A DNA stretch of 64,000 bases from an uncultured Collinsella sp. (GTDB lineage Bacteria > Actinomycetota > Coriobacteriia > Coriobacteriales > Coriobacteriaceae), in assembly GCA_958415525.1 (NCBI GenBank), contig CATYZE010000003.1, positions 66,671-130,670 of the forward strand. The letters run 5' to 3'. The first letter of the stretch is position 1, and the number at the start of each line of letters is the position of its first letter. The translations under genes and the position numbers were made by a program. The notes beneath the pieces are model-generated. The model searched no databases. It saw nothing but the letters and a program-made list of their open reading frames with translations, and was not told the DNA's origin. Below, piece after piece: positions 35,701-45,665 of this stretch.

Positions 35701-38700
35701 ACGGCGCCGACGGCAAGGTCGACTTTGGCAAGATCACCTTTACGCTCGACGGCCTTAACAAGGCTCTGGGCGAGAAGCCCGAGAAGCGCGAGCACACCTT
35801 TACCTACACCGTGACCGAGTCCGGCGAGGTCGCTGGCGTGACCAACGACGCCAAGCCGTCGCGCGAGGTTTCCTTCACCGTGACCGATGACGGCAAGGGC
35901 AATCTGCGCGTGTCCCGCAAGCCGGACGGCAACGCGGCCTTCACGTTCACTAATACCTATAACGTGACGCCTGACAAGTTCAGCGTCACCGACCAGATCA
36001 CCGCGACCAAGTCCCTGACCGGGCGCACGCTTGCCGCCGGCGAGTTCTCCTTCGAGCTGGTCGAGGGCGACAAGGTCGTCGCCAGGGGCACCAATGCCGC
36101 CGATGGCACGATCACCATGGACAAGGTCACCTACGACAAGCCCGGCAAGCATACCTACACGCTGCGCGAGGTCAACGGCGGAACCACCAGCAAGGGCATC
36201 ACCTACAGTGACGCCAAGTTCACCATCGAGACCACCATTACCGACAACGGCGACGGCACCCTCAGCGCTACGCACGAGCTGAAGGGCGACAAGCCTGCGA
36301 CCTTCGAGAACACCTACAGCGTGACCCCGACCTATGCAGACCTCGACTTTGACCTGAGCAAGGCCATCGACGGCCGCGACTGGACGGATGGGGACGAGTT
36401 CAGCTTTACCATCACTTCTCCTGACGGCGCCCCGCTGCCCGATCCCGCAACCGTGACCGTGAACAAGCACGATGCGAAGGACGGCATCGCTGCCATCAAG
36501 TTCGGCAAGATTCACTACACGGCTGCCGGAACCTACAAGTACGAGATCCGCGAGAACGCGGGTAGCACGGTCGGCATGACGTATGATACTCATGTCGCGA
36601 CCGCCGAAGTGACCGTGACCGAGAACGGCGAGGGCAACCTGAAAGCCAACGTCACCAAGAAGGAAAACGGACGCTTTACTAACAAGTACCGCACTGAGCT
36701 CGATTACGTCGCGGCCGGCGGTCTGTGGCTCAGCAAGTATCTGGACGGCCGCCCCATGACCGAGGGCCAGTTCACCTTTACCGTGACACCCGCTGACGAC
36801 GCGTCGGCTAGCGCGCTCGGTCTGCTGCCCGGAGCCAACAACTTCAAGTCTCCTGCAGCGGCAGAGACAACAGTCGGCCTGATCGACATCTTGGCTGGTC
36901 ATGAGGTTACATTTACGCAGGCTGACGCCGGCAAGACCTTCAAGTACACCGTGGCCGAGAAGAACGACCACCAGCCCGGTTACACCTACGATGACGCCGT
37001 GCGCACCGTGACGATCGCCATCGCCGACGACACCGCCGGTACGCTCACTGCCACGACGACCGTCTCCGGTGGTCCCGAGGGCACGCATGAGACGGTCCAC
37101 AAGAGCGGCGAGAACAAGGTCGAGAAGGCCCTGGTGCCGTTCCACAACAGCTACAGCGCGACGACCAACACGCCTGGTGGCACCGCTGCTCAGGTTGTCG
37201 CAACTAAGACCCTGACCGGTCGCCCGATGGTCGATGGCGAGTTCTGGTTTGGTATCGCCTATCAGGGCGAGCTTGTGGAATACAAAAACCTCAAGCCCAA
37301 CATCGGCGGGCACGTGAGCTTTGATGTGCTGCACTATGACACCAAGATGCTTGCTAATCTTGCGGCGGCTGGGCTTGCCCATCGTACCGATAAGGACGGC
37401 AAACTTGCTTGGACCATTAACTACACGGCCTACGAAGATTTATTCGGGCTGCCGAATGGCGTTTCCGCTACAACGTGGAGCTTTGGCTTTAAGGTTATCG
37501 TCGTCGACAACGGTGACGGTACCCTGACGGCAACGGTCGACTACGGTGGCGTTGAGCCCTTGTTCGAGAACGTCTATGGCGCCGATGCTGTTAACGCCGC
37601 GCTTGCCGGCACCAAGAAGCTCCAGGCTGCCGAGGGCCTGACCCCGGCCGACATCACGGGTAAGTTCACCTTTACCGTGACCGCCGACGAGGCGGGTGCC
37701 CCGATGCCCGAGCACGCGACCGCAACCAACGACGCGGCCGGCAACGTGGACTTTGGCAAGATCCACTTTACGCTTGAGGACCTCAACCGCGCCCTGGGCG
37801 TGACGGACGACGCAACCGACGAGGCCGAAGCCGATGAAGCCGAAGCCGATGAGGCGAATGCCGATGAGGCAAAGACCGACGAGGCCGACGTTGACGTTAA
37901 CGCTGATGAATCCGAGGACGAGAACGAGCCTGCCGCCGCTACTCCGCGCTCGCACACCTTTACCTACACGGTGACCGAGTCCGGTAGCGTCCCTGGCGTG
38001 ACCAACGACGCCAACGCCACGCGCAAGGTTTCCTACACCGTGACTGACGACAATGCCGGACATCTGAGCGTCGTGCGCGAGGGCGACGACGGTGCGGCCT
38101 TCACGTTCACCAACACCTACAGCGTGACGCCCACCGATTCTGTGGTGACCGATCAGGTCAAGACCGTCAAGCGCCTGACCGGACGCGACCTTGCAGCTGG
38201 AGAGTTCACGTTTGAGCTGCTCGAGGACGGCGTGACTGTCGCGAGCGGCACCAACGACGCCAACGGTACCGTCACGCTGAGCCCGACCCACTACGAGGCA
38301 CCCGGCACGCACACGTACACGCTGCGCGAGGCTTGCCCCAACGCGCTCGGCCTGTACAAGGGCGTCACCTATGATGGCGCGACCTACACCGTCGTGACCA
38401 CCGTCTCCGACAACGGCGACGGCACGCTGACCGCGACGCACAAGCTCGATGGAACCGCCGAGTCGGCTGGCTTTACCAACAAGTATCACGCCATGCCCAC
38501 GCAGGTTTCCATCGGCGCCATCAAGGTGCTCGAGGGCCGCGAGCTCAAGAAGGACGAGTTTAGCTTTAAGCTCGTTGGCGAGGACGTCGAGTCCACCGTC
38601 ACCAACGATGCCGACGGCAAGATCAACTTCGACAAGTTCGAGTACGACGAGCCTGGTACGTACGTCTACACCATCAGCGAGGTCAAGGGCGACGAGGCCG

Positions 38701-39020
38701 GCATGACCTACGACAAGTCCGTCTTTACCGCGACCGTCAACGTGGTCGATGACGGCGAGGGCAACCTCAAGGCGAGCGTCGCCTATACCAAGGGCGACAA
38801 GAGCGTCGAGGGCATCGTGTTCAACAACACGTACAAGAAGCCCGAAACGCCCGTGCCGACGCCCGACCCCGGTACGTCCAAGACCGTGACGAACATCGTC
38901 AAGACGGTCAAGGGCTTCCTGCCCACCACGGGTGACCAGCAGGCAGCCGCGCTCCTCATGGCGTTTGTCGTCGCCATGTCCGGCGTCGGTGCCCTGATCT
39001 GGGGCATCCGTAAGCGCTAG
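32712..39020 (+). CDS. Giant LPXTG-anchored surface adhesin: signal peptide, vWA domain, many pilin/isopeptide-type (Spy0128/FctA-like) repeat domains
   Basis: Signal-like LLAVILAVVLVLPAAAFA. MIDAS motif DIVMVLDASGSMD. Recurrent ~100-130-aa units (…HTYTLREV…GITYD…TITDNGDGTL…). C-terminal LPTTGD + hydrophobic helix + RKR. Confidence 0.9.
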   Translation: MGKYTRGLLAVILAVVLVLPAAAFAMLPEANARSSTGMDGPTVSGTVVDPDTSGRWEKWAAGHSGNKVTTQNVGRIWTDKTVKATGKDEASDFLTTLSAMSSTSNSTVTVTTPLDIVMVLDASGSMDDHMGGGDKTKRIDALKNAANSFIDTIAKQNESIEGVDKQHRVAIVKFAGNKTDEVGNAIYRDGGYSYNYTQVMKELTYCSGSNANDLKNNTINKIQPAGATRADYGLQLAAKTLASGRADAKKIVVFFTDGTPTSQSKFDSTVANAAVTAAKEMKDGKATVYTIGIFDGADPKASVEKSTTSQENKFMQAVSSNYPNATAWNTHGTRADNSDYYKSATNADELKKVFDDISKAITSEAPHPTKIPTGYDANKSGYVTFTDELGDFMQVDGFTEAIINGTSFTKTSETFNKETNTDTYEFSGKAKDLLITVQRAGDDNPQKGDIVTVSIPASLIPQSHFKNEDGKLSVDSAQPIRVKYASSVKKAALDNLFTPEKVTGLKDYIKNNTTVANGAKTVNFYANKWSRGELGDTVATFEPADTNRYYYFQKQTPIYTDKDCKQPAKNSLTDTGTYYYKDEFEEQGENSEAKRATDIIEFIGGDAAKFDGAIVADKDGNLSFSIGTARLAFIDELHTTKESVGGNNTGTATDVLNPKWNNMSAKAAATHVNSYLGNNGKISYKYDMTPATVDTKASFGLTKVLVGRDWTKEDKFEFGLTSEGNAPMPESATATVFASVTKDDLNDKGKAAINFGTIEYAAPGTYVYKVSEKNAGTTVDGVAYSKNVAEITVTVTPNKKGELSADVKVTWSEAGENEFKNVYTAEPVESSVTDKIDVTKSLTGRDLAAGEFSFELLEVVDKEDKPVETVTNDANGKVTFSAIKYTEIGQHTYKLREVPGDAGGITYDGTTYIIVTTISDNGKGQLVATHEVKGAEDPKSIEFKNAYTTNAAEASLVGIKNLQAVDGLTPADIAGKFTFTVTGEEGAPMPVNASVHNGADGKVDFGKITFTLDGLNKALGEKPEKREHTFTYTVTESGEVAGVTNDAKPSREVSFTVTDDGKGNLRVSRKPDGNAAFTFTNTYNVTPDKFSVTDQITATKSLTGRTLAAGEFSFELVEGDKVVARGTNAADGTITMDKVTYDKPGKHTYTLREVNGGTTSKGITYSDAKFTIETTITDNGDGTLSATHELKGDKPATFENTYSVTPTYADLDFDLSKAIDGRDWTDGDEFSFTITSPDGAPLPDPATVTVNKHDAKDGIAAIKFGKIHYTAAGTYKYEIRENAGSTVGMTYDTHVATAEVTVTENGEGNLKANVTKKENGRFTNKYRTELDYVAAGGLWLSKYLDGRPMTEGQFTFTVTPADDASASALGLLPGANNFKSPAAAETTVGLIDILAGHEVTFTQADAGKTFKYTVAEKNDHQPGYTYDDAVRTVTIAIADDTAGTLTATTTVSGGPEGTHETVHKSGENKVEKALVPFHNSYSATTNTPGGTAAQVVATKTLTGRPMVDGEFWFGIAYQGELVEYKNLKPNIGGHVSFDVLHYDTKMLANLAAAGLAHRTDKDGKLAWTINYTAYEDLFGLPNGVSATTWSFGFKVIVVDNGDGTLTATVDYGGVEPLFENVYGADAVNAALAGTKKLQAAEGLTPADITGKFTFTVTADEAGAPMPEHATATNDAAGNVDFGKIHFTLEDLNRALGVTDDATDEAEADEAEADEANADEAKTDEADVDVNADESEDENEPAAATPRSHTFTYTVTESGSVPGVTNDANATRKVSYTVTDDNAGHLSVVREGDDGAAFTFTNTYSVTPTDSVVTDQVKTVKRLTGRDLAAGEFTFELLEDGVTVASGTNDANGTVTLSPTHYEAPGTHTYTLREACPNALGLYKGVTYDGATYTVVTTVSDNGDGTLTATHKLDGTAESAGFTNKYHAMPTQVSIGAIKVLEGRELKKDEFSFKLVGEDVESTVTNDADGKINFDKFEYDEPGTYVYTISEVKGDEAGMTYDKSVFTATVNVVDDGEGNLKASVAYTKGDKSVEGIVFNNTYKKPETPVPTPDPGTSKTVTNIVKTVKGFLPTTGDQQAAALLMAFVVAMSGVGALIWGIRKR

Positions 39021-39101
39021 GCAAACTGACAGCGCCCGGGGCCAAGGGCCCCGGGCCGCTGGCGGGGAGCCAAAAACATAGCCCCCACCCCACCCCCAGC
39101 C

Positions 39102-39139
39102 GCCACGGAGGCATCTCCCTCCTCCGTGGCGGCACTTTT
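39102..39139 (+). terminator. Candidate terminator after the adhesin gene
   Basis: GCCACGGAGG-catctccct-CCTCCGTGGC followed by GGCACTTTT. Confidence 0.55.
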
Positions 39140-39155
39140 GTGCGACTGCTCTATA

Positions 39156-39222
39156 AGTTGCGGTGAAAAACGGACTGGTTGGCGGCCCGAGGGGGCACAG
39201 CAGTCCGTATTTCACCGCAACT
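39156..39222. repeat. 67-bp hairpin element (22-bp arms, one mismatch)
   Basis: AGTTGCGGTGAAAAACGGACTG (39156-39177) versus CAGTCCGTATTTCACCGCAACT (39201-39222). Confidence 0.75.
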
Positions 39223-39241
39223 GAGTCGCCGATTCTTTGAG

Positions 39242-39871
39242 TTACCCTCGCAGGTAGGCGATGGCGATTTGGGTGCGGTTGCGTAGGCCCATTTTGGCCA
39301 GGATCGAGCTGATGTGGTTTCGCACGGTGCCTTCGCCCATATAGGCCGTGGCGGCAATTTCCTTGTTGTCGAGTCCGCGCGCAATGAGCTCGGCGACCTC
39401 GAACTCGCGGTCGGTCAGGCCGGCAAAGGCTGCGGGCCGGCGGGGCGTGCCGGCCTCGACGTCCGTCCCATCAAAATCGACGTCCTCAATTGCCTTGCCC
39501 TCAAGCACGCGTTTGCCATCCATGACCTGCGCCAACGCTGGCGGAATGGCGGCGACATCGGTCTTGATCAGGTAGCCGCGGGCGCCCAGCTTGAGCGCCG
39601 ACACAATGTACTCGTCATCCGAAAACGTGGTCAAGAACACCACGCGTGCCGCGGGGTCGCGCTCGAGAATCTCGCGTGCCGCCGAAAGCCCGTCGCGCCC
39701 TGGCATCTGGATATCGAGTAGCGCGATATCGGGCGCATGCTCGGCGTAGAGCGCGACCGCGTCGTTGCCGTCGGCGCCGGTGCCCACGACTTCTATCTGC
39801 GGCTGGGCACCCAGGATAATCTTGAGCGAATCGACCACCAGGCGGTCGTCGTCGACAACAATGAGCCTCAT
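39242..39871 (-). CDS. NarL/LuxR-family response regulator
   Basis: Receiver domain MRLIVVDDD...DIALLDIQMPGRDG. C-terminal LuxR HTH (LTDREFEVAELIARGLDNKEIA). The start overlaps the kinase stop by 4 nt. Confidence 0.9.
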   Translation of the reverse strand: MRLIVVDDDRLVVDSLKIILGAQPQIEVVGTGADGNDAVALYAEHAPDIALLDIQMPGRDGLSAAREILERDPAARVVFLTTFSDDEYIVSALKLGARGYLIKTDVAAIPPALAQVMDGKRVLEGKAIEDVDFDGTDVEAGTPRRPAAFAGLTDREFEVAELIARGLDNKEIAATAYMGEGTVRNHISSILAKMGLRNRTQIAIAYLRG

Positions 39872-41013
39872 CGGGCCTCATCTCCTTGCTGTTTGGGGAC
39901 GGTGGCAAACACGCGCCAGCCGGGGGCGCCGGCGTGCGGCCCGGCGGTAAAGGTCCCGCCAAGCGCCTCGACGCGTTCGCGCATGGAGCCGAGCCCCATG
40001 CCTTCTGCGGCGTTGCGGCTGTTCGCCGGGGTCGCGCCCGCGCCGTCGTCGGTGACGATGAGCTGGTAAAACGACGGATGCTCCATGCATCGCACGGTAA
40101 CGTTTTGAGCGCGGGCGTGGCGCATGGTGTTGGAGAGCGCCTCGCGCAGGATCGCCGCAAAGCAGTTGACGACGTTGGCGGGTGCATGTTCGGCCAAAAC
40201 CTCAAGTTCAATCTGCGGACCGCCGTCCGAGCGCGCGTCCTTAACGATGCGTTCGAGCTGCACGGAGAGATTGGCCGCGTTGTCGTTGAGCGCGTGGACG
40301 CTGGTGCGCACGAGCTGAAGCGCCTCATCAACGGTGTGCTTGATGTCGGCAAAATCGGCGGCGACGCCGGGCTCGTTGGCATGGACCACGCGCAGGGCCT
40401 CGGTTTGCAGCGAGGCGCGCGTGAGCTGGTGACCGACGTTGTCGTGGATCTCGCGCGCGATGCGGGCGCGTTCGGCAAGCGTCGCGAGCTCGACTTCGTA
40501 GTCCTGGCGGTCGGCAAGGTCGCGGTTGCGCGCTTCGAGCGCCAGGGCGCGTTCTTGCAGCTTATCGCGGGTGCGGCGCATGCGCTCCTGTTCGTGCTCC
40601 AACTGCGCGGTGCGCAGCGACAACAAGGTGGCGGCGACCGAAAGGATGGCGGTCAACAGGAGCGTTCGGGCGGTGAGCGCACCGCTGCGAAGGCCCGCGA
40701 CGAGTGAGAAGGCAAAGGTGATGCCAATTCCCAGCGCAGGCCAGACGTGCTCACGGCGCACGCGTCGCGCGATGTCATAGAAGGCGAGGGGTGCAAACGG
40801 AGCAAACGACGGCGCAAAGACGGCCACCATAATGTAAGCGTAGCTCGCGGCCTCGCTGGCGCGACGGGCGCGTTCTCCCTGCGCGACCTCGGCCAGCGCG
40901 GCGATGACAACGCCAAGGCAAAACGCTGCGACCAAGCGGGCATCCACGGCAAGGCCCAAGGCGGCCGCGATGCAGCACGCCAGCACGATCGATTTGTCGA
41001 ATAGCCTGTTCAT
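39868..41013 (-). CDS. Sensor histidine kinase, HisKA_3 (DesK/LiaS-like) with a multi-TM N-terminus
   Basis: H-box IAREIHDNVGHQLT, ATP-lid GMGLGSMRERV, about 4-5 N-terminal hydrophobic helices. Confidence 0.85.
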   Translation of the reverse strand: MNRLFDKSIVLACCIAAALGLAVDARLVAAFCLGVVIAALAEVAQGERARRASEAASYAYIMVAVFAPSFAPFAPLAFYDIARRVRREHVWPALGIGITFAFSLVAGLRSGALTARTLLLTAILSVAATLLSLRTAQLEHEQERMRRTRDKLQERALALEARNRDLADRQDYEVELATLAERARIAREIHDNVGHQLTRASLQTEALRVVHANEPGVAADFADIKHTVDEALQLVRTSVHALNDNAANLSVQLERIVKDARSDGGPQIELEVLAEHAPANVVNCFAAILREALSNTMRHARAQNVTVRCMEHPSFYQLIVTDDGAGATPANSRNAAEGMGLGSMRERVEALGGTFTAGPHAGAPGWRVFATVPKQQGDEAR

Positions 41014-41142
41014 ACGGGTATTGTACGCGATGGCGCGCGCGGGGGAGGCCCCACCGGGAGCAACCGTGACATTTGTCCCAGCAAGGGGGACCGCGACTAT
41101 ATCTCGCCGACAATCATTTCACCTGAACATTTTTGATAGCTG

Positions 41143-41186
41143 TATCTATCATTTTTGCTAGATACAACTATCAAAAATGATAGATA
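41143..41186. promoter_or_regulatory. 15-bp perfect inverted repeat TATCTATCATTTTTG-N14-CAAAAATGATAGATA in the divergent promoter region (candidate response-regulator operator)
   Basis: Arms at 41143-41157 and 41172-41186. A third half-site, ACATTTTTGATAGC, lies at about 41128-41141. This is the only AT-rich patch between the kinase and ABC genes. Confidence 0.55.
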
Positions 41187-41343
41187 GACCTATCGACGGG
41201 GGATATGGCTGCGCCCGCAACCGTGTAAAACCCTCCTTGCGTGACGCCGGCCCCCGCACTCGTGACAAAGCTCACTGGTGCGGCCCGCCCGCTCCTGCGA
41301 TGATGCAATCGTACCGGGCCGCAATCAACGGAAGGGCCGCCTC

Positions 41344-42282
41344 ATGACAGACATCGTCCACGTCGAAAACCTCGTCAAGCGCTACGACGACCTTATCGCG
41401 CTCGACCACTTTAACCTGAACATCGCCCCTGGCGAGATCTTTGGCTTGCTCGGCCCCAACGGCTCGGGCAAGACCACGTCCATCAACTGTATCTTGCAGC
41501 TGCTCGCCTACGACAAGGGCACCATCGAGCTGTTCGGCGAGCCCATGACGCCCGCCCGCTATGACCTTAAGCGTCGCATTGGCGTGGTGCCGCAGCAGGT
41601 GGCGGTGTTCGACGAGCTCACCGTGCGCGAGAACATCGATTATTTCTGCAGCCTCTACGTCAACGATCGCAAGCGCCGCCGCGCGTTGGTGGACGAGGCG
41701 ATCGACTTTGTCGGCCTGGGCGACTTTACGAAGTTCCGCCCCGGCAAGCTCTCGGGCGGCCTGGCGCGTCGTCTGAACATTGCCTGCGGCATCGCGCACA
41801 AGCCCGAGCTCATCTTTTTTGACGAGCCCACGGTGGCGGTCGATCCGCAAAGCCGCAACGCCATCCTGGAGGGCATCTGCCGCCTGCGCGACGAGGGCGC
41901 CACGGTGGTGTATACCAGCCACTACATGGAGGAAGTCGAGCAGATCTGCAGCCGCATCATGATTATGGACGGCGGGCGCGTGCTGGCGCAGGGCACCAAC
42001 GACGAGCTCAAGCGCATGATCCAGATGGGCGAGAAAATCGTGATTGAGGTCGGTGAGGTGCCGAGCGCGGCACTCGCTGCCGTTGCGAGTCTGCCGCATG
42101 TCCTGGACTTGGCGGCGACGGCGGGCCAGCTCACGTTCTCGTGCGAGGCGAGCCCGCATAACCTGACCGACATCCTCGACGCGCTGCGCTCGCATGACGT
42201 GGCGCTCGGCCGCATCTACTCCGAGCCGCCGACCCTCAACGACGTGTTCCTCGAGATCACCGGCCGCGAGCTGCGTGACTAG
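41344..42282 (+). CDS. ABC transporter ATP-binding protein (ABC-2 type system)
   Basis: GPNGSGKTT, LSGGLARRL, IFFDEPT. Start at the ATG at 41344 (MTDIVHVENL). Confidence 0.9.
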   Translation: MTDIVHVENLVKRYDDLIALDHFNLNIAPGEIFGLLGPNGSGKTTSINCILQLLAYDKGTIELFGEPMTPARYDLKRRIGVVPQQVAVFDELTVRENIDYFCSLYVNDRKRRRALVDEAIDFVGLGDFTKFRPGKLSGGLARRLNIACGIAHKPELIFFDEPTVAVDPQSRNAILEGICRLRDEGATVVYTSHYMEEVEQICSRIMIMDGGRVLAQGTNDELKRMIQMGEKIVIEVGEVPSAALAAVASLPHVLDLAATAGQLTFSCEASPHNLTDILDALRSHDVALGRIYSEPPTLNDVFLEITGRELRD

Positions 42283-42292
42283 GAGGGCGGCC

Positions 42293-43480
42293 ATGTTCAA
42301 CACCATCATCATCACGCTCAAGACGCTGTTGCGTCGGCCGAGCACCTGGGTTTGGGGCGCGGTCTTTCCCGTTGCGCTTTCCACGATGTTCATGTTTATG
42401 TTTGCGAACCTGAGCTCCGACGGCAAGGTCGACCCGGTGCCGGTGGCCATCGTGGCTGACGAAGCCTGGGACGCGTCGACCTTTAAGGAAGTGGCGACCT
42501 CGCTGTCTAAGGAGGGCGACGATCAGCTGCTCGAGATTCACGAGTGCGAGGATGCAGCCACCGCGAACCGCGCACTCAAGGCCGGCGAGGTCGCGGGCAT
42601 CTATACGGTCGACGCCGCCGGCGAGCCCAGGCTCACGCTGCTCTCGAGCTACGACAGCTCGCGCGCGTCCACGGTGCTCGTCGACCGCAGCATTCTGGAG
42701 ACGGTGGCAAGCTCGTATACGCAAAATGCCGAGCTCATGGCACAGATTGCCCAAGACGATCCGGCGGCGCTTGCCGATTCGGAGGCGGTCGCCCGCGCCC
42801 TGTCGCTCGAGGGCGGAACCCGTCGCGTGAGCCTGACACGCACCACGCCCGACGGCACGACCATTTACTACTACGCGCTCTTTGGCCTGGTAGCGATGAT
42901 GTCTGCCGAGTTTGCCGCCTTGAGCGTCGTCGACCTGCAGCCCAACCTGTCGGGTCTTGGCGCACGCCGCTGCGTGGGTGGCCTTTCCAAGACGGCGTCG
43001 CTAGCCGGAATTTTCGTGGGCTCGTGGCTGGTTTCTTTTGCCTCGATGACGGTTGCGATTGGCTATGTGCGCCTGGTCGTCGGCGTCGACTTTGGCGGGC
43101 GCGAGGGGCTTTGCCTGGTAGGCGGCGCCGCCTCCGCGCTTGCGGCGACGGGCCTGGGGCTCTTTGTGGGCACGCTGCCCGTTAAGGGGGGCAAGGCGTC
43201 CAAGTCGGGTATCCTCACGGGCTTCGCCACCACGTGTGCCCTGTTCGCCGGCCTCTACGGCGAGCCGGCGATGGCGCTTGCCGACGACGTCGCCCGCGCC
43301 TGTCCGGCCGAGTGCTGGCTCAATCCCGTCAAGCTCATCTGCGACATGTTCAACCGCCTGTATTTCTTTGAGGACCTGGGTCCCTTCGCCGTTCGCGCGG
43401 GCGCGCTTGTTCTGATGGCCCTGGTGTTTGTCGTCGCAGCCACGCTGATCTTTGGAAGGAGCCGCTATGAGCACCTTTAA
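42293..43480 (+). CDS. ABC-2 family transporter permease
   Basis: MFNTIIITLKTLLRRPSTW. One N-terminal TM, a large extracytoplasmic loop, then 5 C-terminal TM segments. Follows the ATPase. Confidence 0.75.
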   Translation: MFNTIIITLKTLLRRPSTWVWGAVFPVALSTMFMFMFANLSSDGKVDPVPVAIVADEAWDASTFKEVATSLSKEGDDQLLEIHECEDAATANRALKAGEVAGIYTVDAAGEPRLTLLSSYDSSRASTVLVDRSILETVASSYTQNAELMAQIAQDDPAALADSEAVARALSLEGGTRRVSLTRTTPDGTTIYYYALFGLVAMMSAEFAALSVVDLQPNLSGLGARRCVGGLSKTASLAGIFVGSWLVSFASMTVAIGYVRLVVGVDFGGREGLCLVGGAASALAATGLGLFVGTLPVKGGKASKSGILTGFATTCALFAGLYGEPAMALADDVARACPAECWLNPVKLICDMFNRLYFFEDLGPFAVRAGALVLMALVFVVAATLIFGRSRYEHL

Positions 43481-44672
43481 GACTGCGCTTCGCATGGCGC
43501 TGGCACACCCGTTCTACCTGCTCATCTATACGGTGTTCATCTCGCTCATGGGCGTGTTCATCGCGGCGTCGGTGAGCTGGAATTCGTCGCAGCTCACCGA
43601 ATACAAGCCCTACGACACCAACGTGATCGTGGTCGATCGGGACAACAGCGACCTTTCGCGGGCGCTCACCAAGCACTTGGGGTCGCGCTTTGACCTGGTC
43701 ACGGGCGTCGGCGACGACACGTACGATCTTGCGGACGCGCTCTCCAAGAGCAACAGTGCCAAGGGCAGCGCCGACTGCGTGTTCTTTATCCCGGACGGGT
43801 TTGAGGACGACCTAATCGCGGCCGCCCGTGCGGGGGAGACCTTGCCCAAGCTCGACGTGACGTACGGCTCCGGCACCATGGCGGCGGCGCTTTCGTCTGC
43901 CGAGGCCTCGCGCTGGATCTCGCTCGCGGGTGCTGCGGCGGCGCTTGAGCCTGCTGCCTCCGACGGTGACGTCGCCAAGGCCGCCGAGCACGCCGCCGCA
44001 AAGCGCGCCGAGGTCCAGATCGAGCAGGTCAAAGTCGACTCGACAGCCGCTGCCACGCTTGAGTCGTATTTCAACTTTGGCGCGTATGCGATCATCTCGT
44101 CGGTCATCGTGTCGGTGGGCCTGGTGTTCTCGGGCATGAACGAGCCCGAGCGCGTACGCCGCATGGATGCCGGCCCGGTTTCCGAGCGCCAGCGCTCGCT
44201 CGCCGTGTTCGCGGCCGCCGCGGTGCTCACCGTTTGCATCTGGCTTGTGTCGAGCATGATGGGCGTCGTGGGATTTGCTGGCGCGGTTGCCGAGGTCGGC
44301 GTGGGCCGTGTGTGTCTGGCGCTGGCAGCGACATTTGCCCTGGCGTGCACGCCCCTGGCTGTTGGCTTTGCGCTGTCGAGCCTGGGCGCGCGCGAGGAGC
44401 TGCTCAACGGCGTGGGTAACCTGCTTGGCATGCTCATGACGTTTTTGGGCGGCGCCTGGATGCCACTGTCGCTCATGGGCTCGGCCGTGCAGACGGTGGC
44501 GCACTTTGTGCCGACATATTGGGTGAACGACGCGATCGGCAAGGCGCTCGCGTCGGACCTGACGTCTGCCGTGCTGGGCGACATCGCCTGCGACCTGGGC
44601 ATTACCGTACTCTTCGCCGCCGCCATCGCCGCCATAGGCCTAGCCCTCACGCACGCCAAAGCCCGAGCCTAG
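43467..44672 (+). CDS. ABC-2 family transporter permease (second copy)
   Basis: MSTFKTALRMALAHPFYLL. Same architecture as the preceding gene. The ATG overlaps the preceding stop region. Confidence 0.75.
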   Translation: MSTFKTALRMALAHPFYLLIYTVFISLMGVFIAASVSWNSSQLTEYKPYDTNVIVVDRDNSDLSRALTKHLGSRFDLVTGVGDDTYDLADALSKSNSAKGSADCVFFIPDGFEDDLIAAARAGETLPKLDVTYGSGTMAAALSSAEASRWISLAGAAAALEPAASDGDVAKAAEHAAAKRAEVQIEQVKVDSTAAATLESYFNFGAYAIISSVIVSVGLVFSGMNEPERVRRMDAGPVSERQRSLAVFAAAAVLTVCIWLVSSMMGVVGFAGAVAEVGVGRVCLALAATFALACTPLAVGFALSSLGAREELLNGVGNLLGMLMTFLGGAWMPLSLMGSAVQTVAHFVPTYWVNDAIGKALASDLTSAVLGDIACDLGITVLFAAAIAAIGLALTHAKARA

Positions 44673-44683
44673 CCATCGGGTAC

Positions 44684-44842
44684 TCATTGGGGACAGACTT
44701 AAACTGACCAAGAGTAGTCATTGGGGACAGACTTAAACGACTAGTCATTGGGGACAGTCTTTGCCGATCGGCCGTTTTGCCAGTAGGGTTGGCAAGGGCT
44801 GTCCCCAACTGCCGGCAGGAAAGGAGCGTCCCTAACTGTTGG
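44684..44842. repeat. GGGGACAG-type repeat cluster (family D), left of the MacB-like operon
   Basis: TCATTGGGGACAGACTTAAAC at 44684-44704 and 44718-44738. Hairpin GGGGACAGTCTTTGCC (44750-44765) / GGCAAGGGCTGTCCCC (44791-44806). Tail ...AACTGCCGGCAGGAAAGGAGCGTCCCTAACTG. Confidence 0.85.
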
Positions 44843-44943
44843 GTGACTAGTTTGAAATAAATGCCATATGTCGCGCAAAAATAGTTCACCTGGGTTTACT
44901 ATTAGCCTAGAAAAGTAGCAGAAGGCTAACAACGGGGGATAGC

Positions 44944-45657
<714 letters not shown>

Positions 45658-45665
45658 GCGGCGCC

